DNA of 64,000 nucleotides from Octopus vulgaris (lineage: Eukaryota): contig OX597827.1 of NCBI GenBank assembly GCA_951406725.2, positions 19,468,001 to 19,532,000 of the forward strand. The letters run 5' to 3'. The first letter of the stretch is position 1. Every line of letters starts with the position of its first letter. The notes below the pieces were generated by a model. It saw only the letters and a program-made list of their open reading frames with translations. It was not told the origin of the DNA and searched no databases. Positions 53,316 through 64,000 of this stretch are shown here, piece by piece. Both the position numbers and the translations under genes were made by a program.

Positions 53316-53843
53316 TAATCTAGATGATATTTTTTGATTTTTGAAAATACTTTTATTTTGGGCTGGGATATTGTATTCTCTTTTCCTTTTGTGCAAACTA
53401 TCAAATTTAGCCCAAACAACCTGATTTTGTTGATGAATGGTGTGAAAGTGACAATGGCTTGTAATGGTAAGATGAGCTGTATATTATAGTCAGTAAAATT
53501 GAGCTACAGTAATTAGTCTGCATCATCAGTTTGTATCATTGTTTGGTTGTTGTAACAACTAGATAACGAGTGTGAGCTGTTAAAGTGTGCTGTTGAGAGA
53601 GGAAAGTGCATTGTCAAGATGAGAATTATCAATGACGGTTTCCACGGTATATTTGTCCTCAGCGTAAATTCACTGATGATTTTTACAAGTGTAATTGCAT
53701 TTGATTAGCGCAATCTGTATTTCTTGTATTATTTGACTTTTGTCTGAATGTTCAGTCCAGCTAACCCCTTTCCTGAAATTGCTGGCCTTGTGCCAAAATT
53801 TGAAACTGTTATTATTATAAATTTTCTTAACCTTTTTTTTTAG

Positions 53844-53924
53844 TTGCAAGAAAAACGGGAAAACAGTGGAAAGGTCAGTCAGAAGCTGCGTGACAATCAA
53901 CAGCAAGCTAACGACCAAGTGAAA
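53844..53924 (+). CDS. SMC3: SMC3 exon 10 (coiled coil)
   Basis: LQEKRENSGKVSQKLRDNQQQANDQVK, 81 nt, AG/GT. Confidence 0.92.
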
Positions 53925-54609
53925 GTAAGTGCAGAGCTTTTTCTGATGCATGGTTTGCATAATTGGCCAAATGTCGAATGAATTGTTTGTTTCCATGATG
54001 GTGCTTACTCTTTGTATTCATCATCGTTTAACGTCCGTTCTCCATGCTAGCATGGGTTGGACGGGTTCGACCGGGGATCTGGGAAGCCAGAAGGCTGCAC
54101 CAGGCTGCAGTCATTTCTGGCAATGTTTCTACAGCTGGATGCCCTTCCTAACGCCAACCACTCCGTGAGTGTAGTGGGTGCTTTTTACGTGCCACCCGCA
54201 CAGGTGCCAGGTGAGGCTGGCAACTGCCATGGTCGGATTGGTGCATTTTATGTGCTACCGGCACAGAAGCCAGTCAAGGCAGCACTGGCTTCGGCCACGA
54301 TTTGGATGGTGCTTTTTATGTGCCACCGGCTTCTGTAAATGATAATTGGAACATTTAGGAGTCCTTTATTTACCATGTCTCATGTGATAATATCTCTTTT
54401 CCAGCTGCAAGTCCTGAAACAGCATTATATAACATTCTTTTTATTACTGCTTGTACTGAGCCCTACATGTACATAACCCCTGTTCACAACACGGTGGACT
54501 AGCTTGTTGAATTTGTCTGTATGAGAATGGGAATGTACAAATGTGTTATCTCTGCAAATGTGTAACAGAATTTAGTCAAGTTTGGAAAGTTTCTGTGGCT
54601 GTGTGGATA

Positions 54610-54991
54610 GGCGCAGGAGTGGCTGTGTGTTAAGTAGCTTGCTAACCAACCACATGGTTCCGGGTTCAGTCCCACTGCGTGGCATCTTGGGCAAGTGTCT
54701 TCTACTATAGCCCCGGGCCGACCAATGCCTTGTGAGTGGATTTGGTAGACGGAAACTGAAAGAAGCCTGTCATATGTATATGTATGTTTGTGTGTCTGTG
54801 TTTGTCCCCCTAGCATTGCTTGACAACCAATGCTGGTGTGTTTACGTCCCCGTCACTTAGCGGTTCGGCAAAAGAGACCGATAGAATAAGTATTAGGCTT
54901 ACAAAGAATAAGTCCCGGGGTCGATTTGCTTGACTAAAGGTGGTGCTCCAGCATGGCCGCAGTCAAATGACTGAAACAAGTAAAAGAGTAA
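54610..54991 (+). mobile_element. tRNA-derived SINE family A (also 4172-4550 +, 15262-15662 -, 34159-34552 -, 35293-35676 -, 37044-37450, 50753-51139 -)
   Basis: Head TGGCTGTGTGGTAAG...GGTTCAGTCCC, CTTGGGCAAGT core-like motif, internal TA/TG microsatellite, (AGTAAAAG) tail. Confidence 0.88.
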
Positions 54992-55661
54992 GTCCTTGCA
55001 TAATGGGCGCCATCAAAGCTGTATGGCCAAACCATTTGCTTTGCAACAGATTTGATCCCATTGCTCTGTCATTTGGACTAGGTTCTTCTACAATAATCTT
55101 GCTTTGACCAATACTTTATGTGTGGAATTTGGTCGAGGGGAAACTGAAGAAGTCTATCAGACATGTCTGTGTATGCATCTGTTACTGTTTATCAGCTATG
55201 GGTGTAAACATCATCATCATGAATCGTTTAACGTCCGCTTTCCATGCTAGCATGGGTTGGATGATTTTGAATGAGGGCTAGCGAACCAGATGGCTGCACC
55301 AGGCTCCAGTCTTGATTTGGCAGAGTTTCTACAGCTGGATGCCCTTCCTAATGCCAACCACTCCGAGAATGTAGTGGGTGCTTTTACGTGCCACCAGCAC
55401 AGGGGATAGTCAGACGGTAAACATTGATAAAAAAAATATGGTGCCTTTTAAATAAAGTCCTTCACACCAAGTTACAGATGCCTCCCTTATTCATGCTGTT
55501 AGAAATGCAATGAACCAGTAATTGACTCGTTAATTGTGTGTGTGTGTGTGTTTGTATGTCACTTCTCTTTCAGTCAATTTATTTCCCCTATTTTTACTCC
55601 CTATTCCATAGCTTTTTGAATAATTTATCTGTATTTCCATCTATTTACTCTTCTTTTGTAG

Positions 55662-55826
55662 TCCATCAATAAAGAACTGCGTGACTTGAAGTCTCGCATG
55701 CAGAGTATCCTGGAGGAGAAGGAAACACTGTCTCACGAACACCAGGACCTTATGAAGAAAAAGGCCAAGCTTGAACTGACCATCAAAGACATACAGGAGG
55801 ATATGGAAGGGGAGAAGAAACTGAAG
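55662..55826 (+). CDS. SMC3: SMC3 exon 11 (coiled coil)
   Basis: SINKELRDLKSRMQSILEEKETLSHEHQDLMKKKAKLELTIKDIQEDMEGEKKLK, 165 nt. Confidence 0.95.
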
Positions 55827-55852
55827 GTTAGTTGGATGTAATTTGAAGGAGA

Positions 55853-56640
55853 TCATCATCATCATCATCATCATCATCATCGTTTAACGTCCGCTTTCCA
55901 TGCTGGCATGGGTTGGACGGTCCAACTGGGGTCTGGGGAGCCCGAAGGCTGCACCAGGCCCAGTCAGATCTGGCAGTGTTTCTACAGCTGGATGCCCTTC
56001 CTAACGCCAACCACTCCGAGAGTGTAGTGGGTGATTTTATGTGCCACCGACACAGGTGCCAGACGAGGCTGGCAGACGGCCACGCTCGGATGGTGTTTTT
56101 ATGTGCCACCGACACAGGTGCCAGACGAGGCTGGCAGACGGCCACACTCGGATGGTGTTTTTATGTGCCACCGACACAGGTGCCAGACGAGGCTGGCAGA
56201 CGGCCACGCTCGGATGGTGTTTTTATGTGCCACCGACACAGGTGCCAGACGAGGCTGGCAGACGGCCACGCTCGGATGGTGTTTTTATGTGCCACCGACA
56301 CAGGTGCCAGACGAGGCTGGCAGACGGCCACGCTCGGATGGTGTTTTTATGTGCCACCGATACAGGTGCCAGATGAGGCTGGCGAACGGCCACGCTCGGA
56401 TGGTGTTTTTATGTGCCACCGACACAGGTGCCAGATGAGGCTGGCAGACGGCCACGCTCGGATGGTGTTTTTATGTGCCACCGACACAGGTGCCAGACGA
56501 GGCTGGCAGACGGCCACGCTCGGATGGTGTTTTTATGTGCCACCGACACAGGAGCCAGACGAGGCTGGCAGACGGCCACGCTCGGATGGTGTTTTTATGT
56601 GCCACCGACACAGGTGCCAGACAAGGCTGGCAGACGGCCA
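55853..56640 (-). mobile_element. RTE 3' tail with 10 tandem copies of a 62-bp internal unit
   Basis: (CAT)n start, period 62 from 56041 to 56599. Confidence 0.9.
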
Positions 56641-56683
56641 AGGCTTGGCTGTTATTTCTTTCAGATTGAATGATCATATAGAG

Positions 56684-56884
56684 CAGTGGTTTTCAACCAG
56701 GGTTCCGCCAGTACAGTGCAGGGGTTCCGCAAGAAGTTACAAAACTGCTAAAATCGGCAGTAATTTTTAATTCTCCTGTGCAGATATGTGTGCATAAGAC
56801 TATTAAATTATTGCAGAGGGGTTCCTCGAGCCAGTGGAATGTTTTCTTGGGGTTCCGCTCCAGCAAAAAGTTTGAAAAGCACTG
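56684..56884. mobile_element. hAT (Charlie-like) MITE, different family
   Basis: CAGTGGTTTTCAA/TTGAAAAGCACTG TIRs, TSD ATATAGAG. Confidence 0.88.
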
Positions 56885-57249
56885 ATATAGAGGCTACTTC
56901 AGTGATGTGCAATACAGTTTAATGTACATGTAGTTCAAGTGTCCCAACTCAGGTAACATGATTGAACTTTTAAACTTTAGAATCTCACTGGTTGATTTAT
57001 TTCTTTCGATAATAGTAGAAAGTGTGGACATACTTTTAGCTGACCAGTGGATGGACAAGGTGATTTAGATAAGACTCCTTTCCATCATTGTCATAGATAT
57101 GAAGAGGTATTAAGGTTTCTATGTGAGTAAAGCTGTTTCATCCTCTATTTCTGATCCTCATTGAATAAATAAATTGGCTGATGGCTCAGACAGGTCACAG
57201 GATTATTAAGAGTAGCAAGCGTTAACTACATTAGCCAGATGGCACAGGA

Positions 57250-57585
57250 AGAGGAGACCCCCTTCGGTCATGAATGACCATGAGATTGCACCTAGAAAGT
57301 TACCCTCCAAGGCACAAGTCAGGGCAAGATTGTTTGTGGAAGACCAGCAGTTGCCCATGCATACCAGCCTCTCCTCTCCACACCACTGATGTTATCCAAC
57401 AGAAAGGCAAAGGGGATGATACAGCTCAGCATCAGTGACGTCGCAACTCATTTCTACAGCTGAGTTAACTGGAGCAATGTGAAATAAAGTGTCTTGCTCA
57501 AGAACACAACACGTAGCCCAGTCGGGGAATCGAACTCACAACCTCATGATCATAAGCTCTACGCTCTAACCACTGAGCCACGGCA
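57250..57585 (-). mobile_element. tRNA-derived SINE with CORE/V-like domain
   Basis: Minus strand TGGCTCAGTGGTTAGAGCG...GTTCGATTCCC...TGTGTTCTTGAGCAAGACACTTTATT. Confidence 0.75.
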
Positions 57586-57891
57586 CAAGTGGTACACAAT
57601 TGTGAGACTGAGAAATCTGTGATAAGGAGAGCAGTGAGAGGGAGAGAGATGGCTTCCTTCTGCACAATTTTCTTCCATTAAATTTCACTCCCAAAGCATT
57701 GGTCAGCCTAGGGCTTTGTAAAAGAGACACGCCTAAGGTTGTATGGAGAAGAATTGAAATTAGAACCAGATGGGTGCAATATGAACTTAATCATGCCTAC
57801 ATGCTTGCTTACAGTTGAACGATGGTTAACTCCTTTCTATATTTATCCAGTCACTAACAAACTAAACCAATGTTTACCTTATCTGACACAG

Positions 57892-58013
57892 AAAAAGACT
57901 GAAGATGACCTGCGGAAGATAGATGAGAAAATAACTCGCGGTGAAGAATCTCTTGAAAACATCATCCCTATGTATGAGGCACAGAAAAATCGTGAGGAAA
58001 ATGCAGCTCAACA
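57892..58013 (+). CDS. SMC3: SMC3 exon 12
   Basis: KKTEDDLRKIDEKITRGEESLENIIPMYEAQKNREENAAQ, 122 nt, AG/GT. Confidence 0.93.
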
Positions 58014-58686
58014 GTAAGTCCTGTCTTTTTTCTGTCTCACACAAAGGTCACAATGAGATGTTGGACGGTGAGCCTTGGGCTTGGTGGTTTTCCTGACTCT
58101 CTTGCACTGAAATGCTACTTCCCTTGTTTATGGCCCAAATCATCATCATCGTTTAGCATCTGCTTTCCATGCTAGCATGGGTTGGACGGTTCAACTGGGG
58201 ATCTGGGAAGCCAGAAGGCTGCACCAGGCCCAGTCTGATCTGGCAATGTTTCTACGGCTGGATGCCCTTCCTAACGCCAACCACTCCGTGAGTGTAGTGG
58301 GTGCTTTTTACGTGCCACCGGCACAGGTGCCAGACGAGGCTGGCAAACGGCCACGATCAGATGGTGCTTTTTACGTGCCACCGGCATGGAGGCCAGGCGA
58401 GGCTGGCAACGGCCACAATTGGATGGTGCTTTTTACGTGCCATCTAACTGCAAATAGATACACCACTTGTTATTGGTGGTAACCATAAGAACATCAAATT
58501 GTCAGGTGTTCAGTTTTATTGCTGAGTTTAATTCTTCCTGTGGGTAAGTATAACTTTAAGAAAGATGACACATTCCACGCTGACTTACTCTAGACATATT
58601 ACATATAGACAGTCTTTAATAGATAACGATACCACAAAGATGTTGATAGCTAGCACTATGCATCTGATTAAAACTGACAATTTGAA

Positions 58687-59025
58687 TCTCTATATATATA
58701 AACAGCAAAATGTCTGTGTGTGTGTGTCCTTTATACAAATCCACAATTTTTCAGTTAGAGGGCTCGCACTTTCTATGGTCAATCAAAACCGTCCAAGGGT
58801 GGTCGTGCACATCTTTACATTTCCCCAGTCACCCCACAAAGCCATTAAAAAAATCAATAGAAGTGACTTTTTTGTGAATTTTCTATCCAAAACCCAATCA
58901 AAATGCCCGAAACTTGATATGCCAATTGAATGCCAGCTAGCTGTATGTGATTGGTCGGAGATTTGGACAGTACTTGCGTGTATGTGCGCATGCATGCAGC
59001 TGTATATGCATGCACTAGCACTATT
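58687..59025 (+). mobile_element. Non-autonomous Helitron-like element (3' end of the family seen at ~46146-46247)
   Basis: 5' TCTCTATATATAT. The shared 3' sequence at ~46146-46247 ends in a GC hairpin plus CTAG. Confidence 0.6.
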
Positions 59026-59509
59026 AATGTTACACTTTTATCATACTTGCATGGAGTTTGGTTTTATTTTGCTAGAATCAGTTGTGCACTTCTGCCAATT
59101 TTATATGTTTTTCTAATGATTTGGATGTGTTGTTATATAGTTTGTGTGTGTGTGGATGTTCTCTTTTGGTTTGAACTATGATGGAGTCAGTTGCTTGATA
59201 AACTAAATTACCTGCTCTTTGAATTTATATACAAATGGATGATCCTTCTACAGACATCTGATCTCTTAAAATATCAAACAATGTCAGCATGACAGTGTGT
59301 GATGAAGCTGTACCTTAGAATCCATCTGGTAGACAATCCATCTGGTGGGTTTCCATAGAATTTTGGGTAACTGAGGCTATAGAAAACGAATGTTCCCTTT
59401 CAATGCTTTCATGGGTCAAATAGAATTTGCTAATGCAGATTATTTTTTTTTGGCTGGATACCCTTCCTGTCACAAACCTTCATCTGTTTCCAAGAAAGAT
59501 CCTTTGGTC

Positions 59510-59720
59510 TATCAAATGATGAACAACTCGGATATAGTTATGGAGCTGGTAAAGTTGTAGAACTTCTCCAACAACCACTTATGGCTCTTTGCGGAGGTAT
59601 GGCAAGGAGCTAAATCCTGCTGCTACACATATGGCCTCTTCAACCAGAGATTGACCACAGTCTCCAGTAGCTTCACATAGCCGTCTGAATTGAACCTAAG
59701 ACCCTGCTCAAAGATGTGGG
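59510..59720 (-). pseudogene. Tc1/mariner (maT-like) transposase fragment
   Basis: Minus strand gives HIFEQGLRFNSDGYVKLLETVV...QQDLAPCHTSAKSHKWL. Confidence 0.6.
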
Positions 59721-60612
59721 AATGAATTCTAATGTGCAGATGCAGTCAGAATTCTTGCTATGTCCGTACCAGTTACATCATCATCATCATCATCATCAGC
59801 ATTGTTTAACATCTGCTTTCCATGCTAGCATGGGTTGGACGATTTTGACTGAGGGCTGGCAAACCAGATGGCTGCACCAGGCTCCAATCTTGATTTGGCA
59901 GAGTTTCTACAGCTGGATGCCCTTCCTAACGCCAACCACTCCGAGAGTGCAGTGGGTGCTTTTTACGTGCCACCGGCACAGGGACCAGTCAGGCGGTTCT
60001 GGCAACGATTTCACTTGAATCCTTTTACACACGCCAACGTCACAGGTGCCAGTAAGGCGACTTTGGTAACGATCACGCTCGAATGGTGCCCTTTTACAGA
60101 TTCATAATCTCTCTTGCAGATGCTGTTGGCAATTTGATACCCAGTGGGAATCATCATAATACAAGCAACTCTTTTCCAATATAGTTCAGTTCTCCATGTC
60201 AACTCAATTTTTTCTCAGCTACAACTTTGGTGAATAGTAAATGCTCTCCAATGCTATTTACTGTTCACCAATATCATCATCATCATCGTTTAATGTCCGC
60301 TTTCTATGCTAGCATGGGTTGGACAGTTCAACTGGGGTCTGGGAAGCCAGAAGGCTGCACCAGGCCCAGTCTGATCTGGCAGTGTTTCTACAGCTGGATG
60401 GCCTTCCTAATGCCAACCACTCTGTGAGTGTAGTGGGTGCTTTTTATGTGCCACTGGCACAGGTGCCAGACGAGGCTGGCAAACGGCCACGATAGAATGG
60501 TGCTTTTTACATGCCACCGGCACGGAGGCCAGTCGGGGCGGCGCTGGCAACAGCCACGTTCGGATCAAGGAAAATATATCAAGGGGGAAAAAAAAAAAAT
60601 TTACCTGAACAC

Positions 60613-60650
<38 letters not shown>

Positions 60651-60697
60651 GTCTGCTTCTACATACACTGGCTTTTGTGTTGGTTTTTTTTTTCTAG

Positions 60698-60895
<198 letters not shown>

Positions 60896-61015
60896 TGAAG
60901 GAAAACTCTTTTTCTTAGATGGAACTGTGTATATGCTAACATAGTACTGGTTCAGTCTCGTATCAGTTGTCTGACTGGCTCCTTTCACTGTCACCCGTAT
61001 TTTGTATGAATGTTT

Positions 61016-61425
61016 GGATCTATTCGGTTTGTACGGTAGTTTTTTATAGCGGTATCATATGAAATTGTCACCTGTAATTATGACCCTAGTATCAATCTAT
61101 TGCATTTCAATCTGTTTTAGGGTTAGGGGTGGGGGGAAGGGTATCTTTTTTCTTCACAAATGTAAATATACCCAATCTGTTTCTTAAACGAGGGACATAT
61201 TCATATGACACAGAATGTTGTTTACCTCAATAGATGTCAGTGATTGGTTGAAATTGCAGAAATTGAAGAAAACAAACAACAAATATCTTACAAACTATAG
61301 AATTTTCTCAATAAAGCCAAGAGAAAAAGATGTTTTATAAACACATTCTACCAGTATACGAAGTTTAAAATTTTTTAGTTACCGAGAAATTATGTTAAAA
61401 ACTGCCGTTCAAACCGAAAAGATCC
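61016..61425 (+). mobile_element. GGATC-TIR MITE
   Basis: TIRs and 8-bp TSD GAATGTTT. Confidence 0.9.
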
Positions 61426-62226
61426 GAATGTTTTTATTTAGCAACTATGCTAAGCCTATACAACAAGATTTCATCATTGTTATATACTGATTGGAGACTG
61501 CTGAAATCTTGCCCATGTGAAACCAGGGTTTTGTTATTATGGGGTGTTTAGTAAAGATATCAGATGAAAGAGCGGTTATGTAGATGAGAAGCTTGATTTT
61601 CAGCCATGCCTTCTTGGATTCCTCATGCAATGAATGTGAGTGAGTATGACTGTCATACAAGTGAAGTAGTTTGGTCCTAGTCTTCCTTGAAAAGCATGTC
61701 TAACAATGGGGGTAATATCTTGCTTGAAAACGGGTGAGAGTTGGCATCAGGGCATAGAAAATCTGCCTCAGCAAATTCCGTCTGACCAATGCAAGTAAAA
61801 GAAAAAGTAGAGGTGAAATAATGATGCCGACTGTGGCTGTTTGCCCCGTGCCGGTGGCACGTAAAAAGCACCATCCGACCGTGGCCGTTTGCCAGCCCCG
61901 TCTGGCACCTGTGTCGGTGGCACGTAAAAAGCAGCCACTACACTCATGGAGTGGTTGGCTTTAGGAAGGGCATCCAGCTGTAGAAACTTTGCCAGATCAG
62001 ATTGGAGTCTAGTTCGCCAGACCTCAGTCAAATCGTCCAACCCGTGCTAGCATGGAAAGCGGACGTTAAATGATGATGATGAAAATTTCTAGATAAAACT
62101 GGGATTTACTAATAATTAATGAAATAACTACTGTGGATTTGATTTCAAGTTATATAAGCAAGTTATCTAGTATTTCATTTATTCAATGTCTGCTTTTTTG
62201 CTGAATGTTTTTTGTTGTTGTTTCAG

Positions 62227-62295
62227 ATCCGTCGTTTGGAAGATGATTTGGAAGGTGACAAGAAAAAAGCTTCGGAGCTCGATGTAAAAGTTAAG
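62227..62295 (+). CDS. SMC3: SMC3 exon 14 (gene continues beyond window)
   Basis: IRRLEDDLEGDKKKASELDVKVK, 69 nt, AG/GT. Confidence 0.92.
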
Positions 62296-63058
62296 GTATG
62301 TTTTACTCAATGTAAACTCCTTCTCTGTGTGTTTTCTCATTTCTTTTAATCTATTCACCTTCTGAAATTAATCTGAGGCTTTGTGAATGTCGAATGTTGT
62401 CATATTCATTTCTTTTCTGAAGACTTGATCATATAGCAGAAGTTTTCTGGTTGGTTTGTTTACTGTTAGTGTTACGCTACTTTTATATGTTTCCTATTTG
62501 GAAATGGATAAATATATTTAACTTTTGAAGTAGGGATATATATTGATAAACCCGTCACTTATAACTTACTTATAACTGTTATCATTATACGTAAATCCTG
62601 ACTCCAGCTACATAAATGACATAGTAAGAAATATATTTTCTGAAACGCTAACGGACATTTTATGTGCGTATGTATGTTGAATGTAAATAATTTCGTGTTC
62701 TTTTAACCACTATGAAAAAATACAGTTTCATAATTACAGAAATACATTTCATTCATAAGTTGAAGAACATGAAGAAAGAGAAAATAATTACTACATTATT
62801 TTAGCATACGTTTAGCATTTTTAATATTTATAATTACCTTTATATAGATCTCAACAATTCAAACAAGTCTCGTTGGATTTTTCATAGACATGGCATGAAA
62901 AAATAACCAATGTCTCAAAGGAGTGAGTGTCGGGGAGTTTAGTTACAGCCCACAAACACTAAAGTTTTCCTCAAAATCCAGAGTTTTTATAACTGCTCAA
63001 CTTGACTTTAAAGAATTGAAATCACATGAAAATATTCTTAAACTAATCTTCAGAATTT

Positions 63059-63644
63059 GGATCTTTCTGGTTTGAACGGCAGTTTTTTCTAGCGGTGTCA
63101 TATGAAATTGTCACCCATAATTATGACCCTAGTATCGATCTATTGCATTTCAATCTGTTTTAGGGTTAGGGGGAAGGGTATCTTTTTTCCTTCACAAATG
63201 TAAATAAACCCAATCTGTTTCTTAAACGAGGGACATATTCATACGGCACAGAATGCTTTTTAACTCAATAGACGTCACTGATTGGTTGAAATTACAGAAA
63301 TTGAAAAAAACCAACAAATATCTTACAAACTATAGAATTTTCCCAATAAAGCCAAGAGAAAAAGATATTTTATAAACACATTCGACCAGTATACGAAGTT
63401 TAAAATTTTTTAGTTACCTAGAATTTATGTTAAAACGTCTATTTAGGTAAAAAACATTCTATGCCGTATGAATATGTCCCTCGTTTAAGAAACAGATTGG
63501 GTTTATTTACATTTGTGAAGAAAAAAAGATACCCTTCCCCTAACCCAGATTGAAATGCGATAGATCGATACTAGGGTCATAATTATGGGTGAAAATTTCA
63601 TATGACACCGCTAGAAAAAACTGCCGTTCAAACCAAAAAGATCC
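63059..63644. mobile_element. Fold-back GGATC-TIR MITE with two left ends
   Basis: Near-full + copy to ~63435, then an inverted left half at 63436-63644. Confidence 0.85.
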
Positions 63645-63890
63645 GAAGCACAAGCTGGTCATAGCTTGAATATCTCTGATCAGTGAGGATTGGCTTTGTC
63701 TAAAACCAGATGGCATACTCCTTGCATGAAACCTTTGGTTGTAAGTGTGCTTGTTAAGGTCTGACCTGAGGCTAAACAACAACTGTTACTTATTTGTTGG
63801 TTGCATTGAACAGACTTATGAACAAAGGTATTGAGGCTGTGACCATCTGGTTTTTCCTCTAGGCATAATGCATCTAGGATTTTATCTAAT

Positions 63891-64000
63891 ACTAGCAGTA
63901 TCGCCCGGCGTTGCTTGGGTTTGTAAGGGAAATAAGTATATAAGCATTTTTAGAGATGTAAAGTATAATAGCCATCTCAATATGGCTAACCACAAAGGGG
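63891..64000 (-). mobile_element. Helitron-like 3' terminus running off the window
   Basis: Minus strand CCCAAGCAACGCCGGG hairpin followed by ...CTAGT. Confidence 0.6.

Noticed and set aside
55913-56770. 285-aa ORF, the longest in the track
   Set aside because: It is read through the 62-bp tandem array of an RTE tail; periodic, with no domain.

Overview
AT-rich, repeat-dense animal genomic DNA. The SINE, RTE-tail and microsatellite landscape points to Octopus or a related coleoid cephalopod (inference). Two intron-rich genes lie on the + strand. (1) The last three coding exons of a multi-SH3 adaptor, probably SH3D19/Eve-1-like (10653-23661). (2) The first 14 coding exons of cohesin subunit SMC3 (38463-62295, 1305 nt or 435 aa, continuing past the window), with a CpG-rich promoter carrying YY1-like motifs. 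The rest is transposon debris: several tRNA-derived SINE families, RTE LINE tails, CR1-like and Dong/R4 LINE fragments, piggyBac, hAT and Merlin-like MITEs, mariner remnants, Helitron/Helentron-like elements and minisatellites. Nearly all ORFs in the supplied track are repeat artefacts. The best candidate for an undescribed system is a 436-bp insertion at 25037-25472. It has a 13-bp TSD, an 82-nt terminal redundancy (354-nt unit) and a central minimal hammerhead ribozyme, which is the footprint expected of a retrotransposed circular RNA (retrozyme-like). At least three other hammerhead-bearing repeat families with variant cores also occur. Other highlights are a ~240-bp hairpin downstream of the SH3 gene stop codon and a minisatellite built from an SMC3 exon/intron junction in which every copy has lost the splice donor. 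All calls were made by eye with no alignments or searches run; repeat boundaries are approximate.
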